Source of the DNA: Trichoplax sp. H2
Taxonomy: Eukaryota
DNA length: 64,000 nt
Assembly: GCA_003344405.1 (NCBI GenBank)
Contig: NOWV01000149.1
Coordinates: 1 to 64,000, forward strand
Reading direction: 5' to 3'
Part shown: positions 27,113 to 38,639 of the stretch, one piece after another
Position numbering within the stretch: position 1 is the first letter of the stretch
Layout: each line of letters opens with the position of its first letter
Notes under the pieces: generated by a model
Told to the model about the DNA's origin: nothing
Database searches by the model: none
Seen by the model: the letters and a program-made list of their open reading frames with translations, nothing else
Program-made: the position numbers and the translations under genes

Positions 27113-30100
27113 AAATAAGAAAATCGTAAACAAACTTGATCTTACCGAGATCGAGAACAAAAAAATGGAAGAGAGGCTATGTACCTTAAAGAGGGTAATG
27201 GAAAGAGAAAAAGAAGAAAGAATGTAAGTTTTTATCATATTTTACTTGAGAATAAAATCCATCATATTACAAGATTAAATAAATTAATCAAGAGTACATT
27301 AAAATCCCTATATGTTGTTAGGCAAGCAAGGGTAAATGTAGTTATCGAAGATGATAGGGTAACAAATCTTGTAGAGTTATTTTGTACTTGACACCAATTC
27401 TAATCGATTTATTGAGACGATACTATTGAAAGAAATATTGTAGCCGACTACTGAATTTATGTATAAAATTCATATTGCTTTTTGATCGTCGACAGTGCTA
27501 ACTGAAAGTTCTTAATAATAATTAGTCCACGCAGTAACATAGATTCACCGCTAAATAATAAGTAAATTAAGTACTTTAGGTACTATTTCTCTCTTTCCGC
27601 TCTTGTTAACCGTAGCGATGCTTTATATATATTTTAGCAAAATGGGTGGATATCGTTGGCAGTCTGGTAAATTAGGCCCTCTTGCTTCTCATCCACATCA
27701 GATTTTGGAGGGAAACAAAGGGAAAAAAACGGTAAATCATTAATGACGAGGGATGTATATTGTAGTGAATCAAGTCTAACTGCTACTTATTAGAAAAGAA
27801 ATACAACTATTGGTTGTATGTGTAAGGCAGACTAGGATAATAAAATGAAATTTTTAATAACAGCCATATTCATTTCAATTCTATCACAGACGACACGGCA
27901 GCGAAAATTAAAAATGTTGAGAGATGAAGATACTAGTAAGTTTAGAACCATCTTTTAAGGCTGTTAATTCAGCATGTTAAAATAACTTTAATTTTATTTC
28001 TATATTTGACTCGTCTCTACGTTATTATGCGTTATCTCGAAGCTTTTGTAAGAAAATTAAGCGTATTCAATCGCTGAGCACGTCAAGCTTATGTCGGATT
28101 TATCGTTTTATTTAGTGGATGTAGTTAAATCGGAAAGAATTGAAAAATTTAGCAGCGACTCTGACTATAAATCTGACAGCAGTCCGATCAAGGACCTACA
28201 CTTGGTATGTGTAACTATTTTAGGCTGATATTAATACTAAAATATTAAAACTAAAATATTGGTGTTGCTTAGCATTTCAAATCGTATTAAAGTTTTATTC
28301 CTTAGATATTTTACTGTATTTTAAAAAAGTATCTAGATAATAGCTATAATTTCTTGATAAAAAGCTTTCGTCTTATCAGACACTTAATCAGTTTATTACT
28401 CCATTTCTGATATGTGTTTGTAGTCTTCGGGACAATCATATGACAGTATTAAACAGACGTCACTGCCTTTGCGAAATCCAGACAAAAGGTATTTATGCTG
28501 CATTTCGTATAAGATCTACTTCATATTTCTCATGACTTATTAAAGCACTTTGGAGTCATAAATGGAAGAAAATATTTTTATAGATTGCCTTAAGAGTTAA
28601 TTTACATATATAATTGAATCATCTTGTTAATCATTAACGAATTGATTATATAGTACATTGAGTCTTCGTTGTGATGGGATTGTTCATTAACGAAGTCCAA
28701 AAAACACTAATTTTATCAACTCATCTTTTACTTTCTTTAGTCCAAGCCCAGCTCAGCTTCAGAGCAAGGTAAGCTAACTAGACATAGCTAATTGCGTGTA
28801 AACAAGAGATAATAAATCAAAGGCAATTTTAATATCCGTAATTTTAGCACGATATTCACGATATCAAATAGGATTAATTTTATTTTAGCTCCTAATTAAG
28901 TAAAAGTACTACGCTGATTAAAATTACAAATATTTGGTTACTTTTGCAGATTCCTAGGAGAATAGGATTGAAAGACAACATGTCCACATCCTACGTAAAA
29001 CCGAAAATTAATAACATTTCTTACGACACTAAAATATTGAATGCAGTAAAAACTAATTCATTGCTGTACGGCAATTACGACGAAAAAGAAAGTGCTAACT
29101 CTTTTCAGCAGGCGCTATTAGAATGGCGATCTGGCAGTAATAGTAATAAAAGCAACCCACCGACTACGAAAAAAGCAAAAAATGCTCCGACATCCGTTGG
29201 TTAGCAAATACAAATTTATTTAGTAACATTTGCCATATAATTTTGCTTTGCGTATTTAACCATCAATTTCATATGTCTTTATCAATTCTAGGCATTACAG
29301 TTAATTCTATCCTTGCTCGTCCTGAGTTTACCCCGGAACAAATTAAATTTAAACGTGATAATTTAAGTTATATGGAAAGATTAATGTTGAAAAAATTGCG
29401 TAAAAATAGAATTACTAAGCTAGATGTGGGACAGAACGAAACGAAAAGCAGTCCTACATCGCGCGTCTCAAGCCCAGAGCCTAAGATCAATTTACTGTCT
29501 GATGAACCATACTTCACAAAACATTCACAGAAAGAAAAGGTTATTCTATCTCCTCTAAGAAATTCTAAATCTTTAGACTTTTCCGATATTCATAAGAAAT
29601 CCAACGTTAAAGCAGAGCACAATTACGAACAAGCTCCTTCAAAAGAAACAACAACCAGTAAAAAAAGTCCAAGGAAAGATTGTACAACTATAACGATAAC
29701 TGCAGCAACTAGTGAATTATCTTTAACCGATGATAAAAATACTATTCTAAATCGTAAAGTATCAAAGTATACAGGATTAAGTGGGTTTTTCTTGGCCGGA
29801 TTAGAAGATGGAAGCGCTGATAATGGAAACAAAGAAAATGATGTCAGCCAAAGCATTGAAGGCGGCCAGAGTACTACATTAAAATCAGGTCACTGGAAAC
29901 CTCCTTCAAATGTATTTGGTGATAAGCCTGAATATATTAACTGGGGTATTAATGATTATTTAAACGATCCAGTTCCCCGAAGTAAGAGCCCAACAGCCTA
30001 TATGCAGGTTTGTAGCTATAGTCGGCAATTTCTTATATTTTAATGATTACTGTAATGTCAAATAATATAGCCCTCTTAAACGAAATTTTACTCGCATATT

Positions 30101-30469
30101 GCTTTAATGGCCTAAGTTGCCCATTACTGTGAATACTTTTCAGTATTCTTAAACAGGAACACACATATATAGTATTACTGATCCAAACCATCAAACTGTA
30201 TATTATTAGACGAAAAATTTATCCTTTTCTTGGATTTTCATCAATAGACTATCGATTTTTATTGCTTGTTTTACTTCAATTTGGAATTACTATATCTAAA
30301 TAGTATCGTTGTATATTACATCCATGATATCTTGTAGGTCCATCGCGTATCTAGTACGTCTCCCTTACCGCTTGATTTACAGCCTCCAAACGACTGGTCC
30401 GATGAAGAAGATAGTCTTGTTGTTAATAAAACCGAACAAATTGATATGAAAAAAGTAGAAAAAATTTAG
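27113..30469 (+). CDS. ZBBX: ZBBX-like protein, 5' end not resolved. Exons 27113-27223, 27638-27731, 27890-27935, 28116-28204, 28424-28488, 28741-28768, 28950-29199, 29292-30007, 30338-30469 (~509 aa modelled)
   Basis: All junctions are GT-AG and frame-compatible. Translation has the recalled ZBBX hallmarks: coiled coil IENKKMEERL..MEREKEER, YRWQSGKLG, RKLKMLRD, SLLYGNYDEKESANSFQQALLEWRSG, LSYMERLMLKKLR, and YTGLSGFFLAG. Confidence 0.8.
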
Positions 30470-33148
30470 CCGGATGCTCAAGATGAAGTCGTATTCTAAT
30501 CTATCCTTTCTATGTTGAACAGAAATTCTATAGCTCGATAATTTAATTACTTAAAAATTTGATAAAGAGGACAAAAATTCAGACAGTGTCATCGTTTCGG
30601 TCAATGTTGCCTTCCTTAGAATGTGATACTTTCTGATTCTGATTACTATTGAAAGCAGCTTTATTGCCATCAATATTGGATCATTTAATGTATAGAGTAG
30701 GTATATAAAAATGGGTGGTAAAAGTAGGCTACTAGATCTAAAATTGGCAAACAGTCTTGCAATAACCAAATTCCTTCTCAGATTAAGATAATTTTAGTTA
30801 ATCATACGAAATTATAAATACCTCAATGTTTAAGTTTACAATAAAAGTATCGATAGCATCGGATCTTGACGGACGAGAAAAACAGAAATCATTTAATTGT
30901 AATTTATAACCCATTTGTCTTAATATTCATTTTTTTCCTGGACAATTTTATTTTGGCAATAGTGTTAAGAGGATTTGGATCAACTTTTTAACGTTCGAAA
31001 ATTATTGAAGTTATCAATCCTTATCTCTACCTTTATCATTAATTTTCCACTATTTAACTGCAACTTGTATTGCTTTTCGAATAAAACAACTTTCTATTCA
31101 TGGCATTAACATACTTTTTGAATACTTGCACAAATTGTTAAACAGGTCAATAAAACAACATGAATCACTAGTTTATTCATTTCCGAAGCAGGTACAAATG
31201 ATCTTGAATTGCTAAATTCTTGCCTGTATATTACCAGCTCTGCAATGTAGGTAAAATTTTCAACTGATCGCGAATCAAAGCAGATAATGAGCCCGGTAGC
31301 TATCTATGATCAAGTGGTGCTGGCCTTAATGATGTCAAGGTTTATTTATCCGTCGTTGAGATCAAAGATATTTTTGATTCCGATTTCATAGTAAAGTAAT
31401 TCATCGGAGTACATAATACATCTCATTTGCAAAATAACTAAAAGGAAATCCCCATTTAGTAAATTTGAGTAGCTAGTTAGTAATTCATTCGGTATATGCA
31501 CACGTAGAATTGTTGTTGATGCTGGTGCAACTAATTTAAGTTAACAAAAACCTATCGCATTGGTTACCTGTAGAAGTTGTTTTTAAACATTCATCTCAAC
31601 TACTTCAGGCAGAGCTACAGTGACTTTAATTTACTATTAGTTACTGACTCTCCTCTACAGTGATATTCTATGAGCAACATTAGAATAGCATGTGCATAAA
31701 ATAAATTATTATCAGTAGTACTTTAGGAATAAAAAACTTGTCAAGCCTAGCAGTTCACTCCTCAACAATAATCCGAAATTGCACGACTCGATTACTCTGT
31801 ATCATGATTATCAAGGAAAATGAAATACAATTTAAGCTGTGACGATATCAACAACTGGATTTGATTCCGTCCATTTTACTTCGATCAAATATTATTTATG
31901 TTTATTATTATTATCACTAGCTGAAACACAATCATAACGTACAATCGTAATGTATAACGGCAACCTATTCTACACATTCCTGTAAGACAGAATGGCATAC
32001 AAATACAGAAGTATGCCTTTACAATTCATCAGCAATAAATCATAGAATTCAGACTCTAGATAGGAGCAATCAATGGCAAATTGCGACAGATTTTCGAATG
32101 AAGCTATGTTGTTAATTTAAGACGAAGCTTTGAAAAGAGCTTGCAAAAAAATGTTACATCATTCGTTCAGAAATTAAGGACATCTTGCGACACAAGAACA
32201 AGAACTAATTAGTGCAACGTCGAAACAAATCAAGGATACTAAATATACGTTAACACTTAACAGTCACTACTTCTACACCACACAATCTAATATCTGCACT
32301 GCACTGTTGACGTTGTAACCCAAAGAGGCGATGGAGTCTGTGTCAGGTAGCCAATTTGGAATTGCGACTTCAGTACGGTGCCCAATTTTACACCTTTAGT
32401 AGAAGTTGGCAATATCCATTAAGATACATATTACATCATTGTTTCAGATATTACTAGGAAGAAAGTAACCCTCTCCGACCACGATGCATTTCTGACGTCA
32501 ATTTCAAGCATTTATGCTATCAGCCTTCAGCCATGATTCAACTAACAGCGGACGTTACAGAACATGTTTAATTAACCTAATATCAGGTAACATCCTACAC
32601 ATACACAATACAAAAATATATCTAGCCATGTCCGTATTTAAAGTAATGGTCTAAAAGTAATACAACGATGGTGCGATGAAGATATAATATAGGATTCACA
32701 ACCATGGAGGTAAGATTTGTATTTGAGTATTTTTCGATTCAGAGCATTACGTCATTGATTGGGTCATGCTCTTACCAATGTCAAGAATTGTTGCAAACTC
32801 ACGACTGTTACCTATATTCAATACTATAGAAGTTGAAAGCTAGCGCGTCCACCTAGTACAGCAGTGGTCCAGACAGCGTACGTTAACCACTTACTGTATG
32901 GGCAGTTGTTGGTTTGTACTGGAGGTAGATGGCACGAATCAAAATTGATTTTCTATCGATAATAACATTAATGTGATCTACTTCTAAGCTACATACAGGG
33001 AAAATCATCTGATAATCATACATTCACACTATGTTGATATATTTTAAATCTTTAGTAAGTAAGACTTTCGGTTATAATACGCTCGCTTGATTTTGCAAAC
33101 ACTTTGATGAGTTCTCCGTCCTTTCGCCATCAGTGAGTCATGACGTTC

Positions 33149-33319
33149 CTAAAAGCTTTCGCCTCTTTGCCTTCTAGCGTAACATCCGACGCAAGCACAG
33201 ATACCCATAATGCCAATGATCAACCCAAGAATGAGTGCTACTGCATCACCACCATCGAAAGCGCTGACTTGGCTTATACAACATAAAATGAAAAAGATTA
33301 AAGATGACAAGTACAACAT
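33149..33319 (-). CDS. SMIM30: SMIM30-family small integral membrane microprotein, 56 aa: MLYLSSLIFFILCCISQVSAFDGGDAVALILGLIIGIMGICACVGCYARRQRGESF
   Basis: Read on the minus strand (below the ORF-track cutoff); Kozak cgccATG at 33319, TAG at 33149-33151. Signal-peptide-like N-terminus ending VSA, then GDAVALILG..GICAC.G.YAR, matching the recalled human SMIM30 core GDAIALLLG..GICACLGVYARKR. Confidence 0.9.
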   Translation of the reverse strand: MLYLSSLIFFILCCISQVSAFDGGDAVALILGLIIGIMGICACVGCYARRQRGESF

Positions 33320-33439
33320 GGCGAGCACGCTTCGGCTTGATCTCGGTGAGGATATAAAGATTCTCGGAGATACGGTAGATGCTGGACACTAAACGCGGGT
33401 TCAGGTCGACGCTGGCTATATACCGTCTACCAGTGGCAG

Positions 33440-34405
33440 TACGATACTGTAGTCATGCAGTACAGTACAGTACAAAATCGAACGCCAATGCTTGGCGTTA
33501 GTGCGAAGCAGCAATACTATACAGTACATTGTGTACACTGTACAGTACAGTACAATAGAGTACGGTGCATAAAGCTTACACCTACAGTGTACAGTACTAT
33601 CCACAGTATATAGTACTGTACTGCGTAAAGTGCCGTATCAGTATCATCATGATCATGCTACAGTTCAGTATGACTTAATCACATCACATATTAATCACGT
33701 GTTTCCTTGCATTTCCCGGTGTCCACTGCCATTGTGCAATGTGCAAGTGAGGACAGTCTACAGTAGTACTGTACTGTATGATGTCACTAACTTAGTACTG
33801 TACTCTACTGTACAATGTACTGTACAGTGTACACCTGTTGTTTTCCACTGCACTACTGTACTGGACAACTAAGTCCAGTTCAGGAACGAATATACTAGAC
33901 TAAAAAATAAAGAAACGGGACTGCCAATGGGTGTTGACTATACTAATACAGTCATGTGTAAGCTGATGAATGATTTGAATCGTATGCCAGTGTAACGGCA
34001 CCGTCCGCGATGGATATCTAAATTAGCGAGTAGGTTGGCTTTGTGTAGTATGGTATACGGTTTCATGGATACCGTATAGTAGAATGACCGGGAAAATGAT
34101 ATCCTCGGTCAAGCTCCCACCCTGGACGGCGGACGCATGTACACTGTACAGTACGTACTGTACAGTACAGTACTGTACGTACTGGTACAGTACAGCACAC
34201 TCAAAGTACTGTACAATACAGTACTGTACTGTACTGTACTGTACTGTACAGTACTGTAGACACCAAAATGTACTGTGTAACATGGAACATGTACAGTACA
34301 GTACAGTATACTTGTATAGTACAGTACAGTACTAACTGCATACAGTACTGTACAGTACTGTACTCCGAACGGTATTATTCCTTACAATGCTGTACTGTAC
34401 TGTAA
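33440..34405. repeat. CAGTA/TACTG pentamer low-complexity arrays (33440-33625, 33755-33870, 34135-34405) in the divergent intergenic region between SMIM30 and the first 2-TM gene
   Basis: Runs such as cagtacagtacagtac and gtactgtactgtactgtactgtactgtacagtactgta; the unit TACTGTACAGTA is self-complementary. Confidence 0.9.
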
Positions 34406-34786
34406 AAAGGTGTAAATCCAAATGAAACCAATCGTTTTATCAACAAGCAAGCAATCGTTGTTGGATAGTATTAGTAACAAATGATTATTTCTTACAATAG
34501 ATGAAGTAATATCATCAAGTCAATCGGCTGTTCCAAACTGCTTCTTTCCACATCGACCATAGCGCCTGATCGTATTGAAGAAATTGAAGAATATTATTGA
34601 CTACTTCATAATTTTGGGCAATCCGTTTCGGTAGCCCGTACCAGCGGCAATTTTATTCTTGATAAGCGTAACAAGAAGTTGAGGCTTATTCTGCAACTGG
34701 TAACAGCACTGAACGTCTACAATTGTAAACGCACCGATTGGTTGATCCATAAAAATTGACTATCTTCCTAGTTTTCAGCATTCGCC

Positions 34787-35281
34787 ATGGCGGAAAAACT
34801 AGGTGCGATCGCTGGGATTTGTTTAATTTTATTTTGTGTAGGCGCAGTTGGCTTTTACTTTTGCTTGGATACTGTTATGAAGATGTCTGAATTGAACACA
34901 TACAAAGCGATGCAATGCTCATACCAGGACGGTAGAATTATGGATTCACCTTATCGGCAGGCAGTTGTTGATGCCGCTGCCTTTGAAAAGAATGCCAGTG
35001 ATATTTTTGCAGATGTTACAATCGCCTATCCATATTCACAGTACATGTACGCCAACAATGCTTCATTATACGAATTTTTAACTCTTTGGCAAACGAGCAC
35101 TGCTAGATCGTGTTATGTAGATGTCAAATCGAATAGCACGCGAAAGCCGGCGGTTCCGGGCCCGTTTGATAGTGCGACATCTAGTATCATTATAATAAGC
35201 ATGATCACCTGCATACTATCTCTATGTGGAAGTTCGTTTGGTTTACTGATGATTGTGAAAGCAAAACTGACCATGAAATAA
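34787..35281 (+). CDS. Orphan two-TM membrane protein, 164 aa (paralog A); topology like KCNMB/BK-channel beta subunits
   Basis: Kozak cgccATGG after acceptor-like gttttcag. N-terminal TM, ~105-aa luminal loop with two Cys and NAS/NST sequons, C-terminal TM. Aligns by eye with the 38124 ORF. Confidence 0.8.
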   Translation: MAEKLGAIAGICLILFCVGAVGFYFCLDTVMKMSELNTYKAMQCSYQDGRIMDSPYRQAVVDAAAFEKNASDIFADVTIAYPYSQYMYANNASLYEFLTLWQTSTARSCYVDVKSNSTRKPAVPGPFDSATSSIIIISMITCILSLCGSSFGLLMIVKAKLTMK

Positions 35282-37444
35282 GTTAGTGTTAACTGGCCAG
35301 TTATCACCGATCTTCCGATTTGGATAGGTATCAGACCACGATAGCCATATCCAGTCAACCAAGTAGCGAACCGTACGCAATATTCATTGTCTAATTCACT
35401 TAAGATGGAATGTATCAGTGTACGATCCGTTGTTTGAATTAATTTGCATCAGTAGTTTAGGGCATTTTAGTTTGTAAATAAGAGCCATTTAGAATTACTA
35501 TTTATTTTTAAGCAATAGTGCTCCGTTGATGCACTGAGCTCTTATCCACTTTGTCAGAGATTTTTTCTTATTTACTGGCACAGTTTGCAATCGTACTACT
35601 CACGTCTGTACTTGTACTTTTTAATTCCTACAACATATATATCCTATATACTGAAAAGTATATGCATATGCAGACACGGACAAAACTATTTCTATATAGT
35701 AGATTCTTTACTATGTAAAAATTAAATGTTGGCTAATTTATACGAGAATTAGATGAATGTTTTTATAATGTTAATGTAATTCAAACGTAAAAAAATAGAT
35801 TGTCGGTTACGCCGGCATATCATATACGTATTCAGTACACAAAGATTTCAATTTTTTTCAATTATCATTTGAAGACTACTGTACGATGCTTTCACATACT
35901 AAAAATGCAGAGGGTACACTCGTACACTTATTTAATTTCATACGTTAATATTCTCTTATCTTTTGAATATCATTTTCGGACAACGTCGAATGAAGCAATT
36001 TTAAGTCATGCTTATTTATATTGGATCAGTTCGGCATACCTGACCTTACTAATGCTTCCTTTACATAATCCGCAATGGACTATTATGATAACGTTTGCTA
36101 TCGTCATAGTTAACTGTAAAATTATTATTTTTCTAATTTACTTGAATATTAAATCTAATGTTGGCTCTGTTTATCTAAACTTGAACAATGTACAGTACGC
36201 ACAGGAAATATAAGCAAACGCCTAAAAACTTTGTTTACGGCTGTACTCTGCTTTATTGTATGTATATGTAATCGTAATTAAAAATTTCATAATAAGAATT
36301 GAGCGTGTTACTAGATGGTTATAGAGCATGTTAAAACTTTATTCATTAATTTACAATTCTATGTCTGAACTTGTCACTGCAATCAAATTATTCTACAATA
36401 TTCTCGAAAAGCAGCGCATGCAATGTATAATAGCAAAGCTTTGAAAATTGGTAACCTGATAACTCAGAATTTTTTGAAAGACCGAGTACTGTAGAACTGG
36501 AAGAACATAACCAATTTGTGTATTTTGATTGACAGTCTTTGCCCTCTCGTCATCATTCTTGTGTCGTTTTCTGAGACGCTTATCAAGTTAACAGTAAATA
36601 AATACGGTCCACCCCTTGACTCGGAAATGTAGATTCCTTGTTAGACTGTAGAGTAAGATACTACAGTATAAGGCATTTTTAGTACAAAGTCACTAAACTA
36701 CTCTACAATAGAAACAAGGACTTATAAAAAGAGAAATCTATCTCCCTTTTTCTACCGTACCCTTACTGTATGCTGTAGTAGACTTAAGTGAATCGATGTT
36801 ATGTTAGTATTATTATTATTCTTATTCTTATTTCGGCTATCAGCATTTTATCTGTTAGCTGCATTAATTAATTAATTATTTGAAGTTTATTTAAGATGAA
36901 GGAATACTGTTTATCAGATCATGGAGTACTGGAAAAAGACTTGGACGGACAGACATTTTCGACTTTGTCAAAATATTGTGTCCAAAGACTTCATTATGAG
37001 AGTGCAGTACTACAGTATGGAGGCGGCCCATTCTGAATGGTCTGATTATTACTAAATTAATTAATATTACACTGAATCTTATTGTCAGTGACCATAGTTT
37101 CAGCTTGGAAACAACTCTATAAGATGGTAAATATTATGACTTATTCACTACCCGTCATTGAGAAACAGACCCGTAAGAACCATACTATAGTAATTAGTCA
37201 TTTTAGCCATTGACGTTGTCATTTAGCATTTGGCAAAGGAAAGTCCGTCCGCCACTGAGAAGTGATTAGTCCTGGTCTTTTTCTGGTAGTCCCTATATGT
37301 GGTCTATCCACGAGTGTTAGCAATACACTATGGCAATAGCGGAAGCTTGCTGCTGTTGTAAAAAAATCTCATACTGTTCGAACAACAATATTTTCCACTA
37401 CAGCAGTCTGTCCGTCTCATTTTGCCATCACAAAATTCACTCAC

Positions 37445-37680
37445 GTTATACTGTACAGTGTACAGTGTACAGTACGTCCTTACAGTACAGTACATCACAT
37501 CGTACTCTACTGTACAGTACTGTACTGTACATTTCTCGTTGTACAGTACAGTACAGTACAGTACAGTACAACAGTAAGAATTTAGTACACTGTACAGTAC
37601 TGTACAGTGTACAGTACAGTACTGTATGCTGTAGTCTGTCTGGGCGTACGTACGTATATAGTACGCAAGTGATACAGCGA
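37445..37680. repeat. CAGTA/TACTG pentamer array upstream of the second 2-TM gene
   Basis: tactgtacagtgtacagtgtacagtac...gtacagtacagtacagtacagtacagtac...actgtacagtactgtacagtgtacagtacagtactgta. Confidence 0.9.
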
Positions 37681-38123
37681 TATTGCGGGTATGACTGCCG
37701 TGTTGCCTATTTATCCAAATTCCGGTTAAAACGTTATTCATCCTTTTAACGCTGTAGAAAGTCCTTCGAACTGAACTAGTGTACGCACGTTATACTGGGA
37801 TAGGATAAGGGTTCTCGGTCAAGGCCAATCCTCCGTCTTTCACCGAACAGACTGGATTGCACTGATGTCCTGAAATTCTCCACTTCAAGGGTATTTTATC
37901 TAGTCATTTATTTAAAATATTATTATTTACTAAAAGAAAGTCGCGATAAAGCCTTTATCTAATGAACTGTCTGGTTTGTAAATCCAGAAAAGTCAACACA
38001 GCATTGTTCTTCAAGCATCCAAGTTATTGATTGTATTGGAATATTAATTAACTGTTCAAGAAGGAAATATAGTCTATCAACAACGTTGGTGGATCCCGGA
38101 TACTCCACAGCAACCTGGTCAAA

Positions 38124-38639
38124 ATGGCTCAATCCAACTCCTTTATAAAATATTGCTTATCGATTTTAATGTTATTAATAGTAGTTATTTTTTGCGTTCA
38201 TGTTCTAAGTATCGCTTCGCGAATCAATCAATACACATTGATTACCAATTGTACGTACATAAATGGCAGTTTAGTCAGTCAGCCTTACCGAGGGGCGGTA
38301 GTTTTTGCAGATGCGTGGAATCCTTCTACCAATGTCAGAGTTATTACAAAGATATTACATCCTAATTCTCCTTATACTATAGTCAGTGACTATCGACTTT
38401 CGACGTATTTGTCACGTTGGAAAAGCAGCAAAACTTTGAATTGTTACGTTGATCTAGCCTCTTCGGCTGTTGTAAAGGCAGGAGCTGCCGATCGAATGCC
38501 AATTGCTTTTTATATTATTATCTTGATTCCGTTTTCCTTCCTCTTGCTGTTAACTGTTGCTGTGATTTGTTATAAGATTCGTCGTTCATTGAAGCCGGAT
38601 AAGAGTAGTGCAGTACAGAGTAACGTTACTAGTATGTAG
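38124..38639 (+). CDS. Orphan two-TM membrane protein, 171 aa (paralog B)
   Basis: Same architecture as paralog A, with shared motifs N.Y....C.Y..G.....PYR.AVV.A.A, I..P.S.Y, L..W..S....CYVD..S....K; sequons NCT and NGS. Confidence 0.82.
   Translation: MAQSNSFIKYCLSILMLLIVVIFCVHVLSIASRINQYTLITNCTYINGSLVSQPYRGAVVFADAWNPSTNVRVITKILHPNSPYTIVSDYRLSTYLSRWKSSKTLNCYVDLASSAVVKAGAADRMPIAFYIIILIPFSFLLLLTVAVICYKIRRSLKPDKSSAVQSNVTSM

Noticed and set aside
30467-30499. Stop-codon readthrough of the ZBBX-like gene (TAG then PDAQDEVVF*)
   Set aside because: Only nine extra codons and no strong readthrough context; cannot be distinguished from chance without orthologs.
33210-33392. 60-aa plus-strand ORF
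   Set aside because: Antisense shadow of the SMIM30 CDS.
33416-34335. Track ORFs rich in Y/C/T/V/Q/S (33416-33604, 33630-33872, 34023-34283, 34084-34335)
   Set aside because: They are translations of stop-poor CAGTA/TACTG repeats on both strands, not real proteins.
35800-36213. 137-aa ORF
   Set aside because: TTG start, AT-rich intergenic composition, no recognisable motif or similarity to the neighbouring paralogs.
37328-37749. Overlapping 137/139-aa ORFs on both strands
   Set aside because: Same pentamer-repeat artefact.
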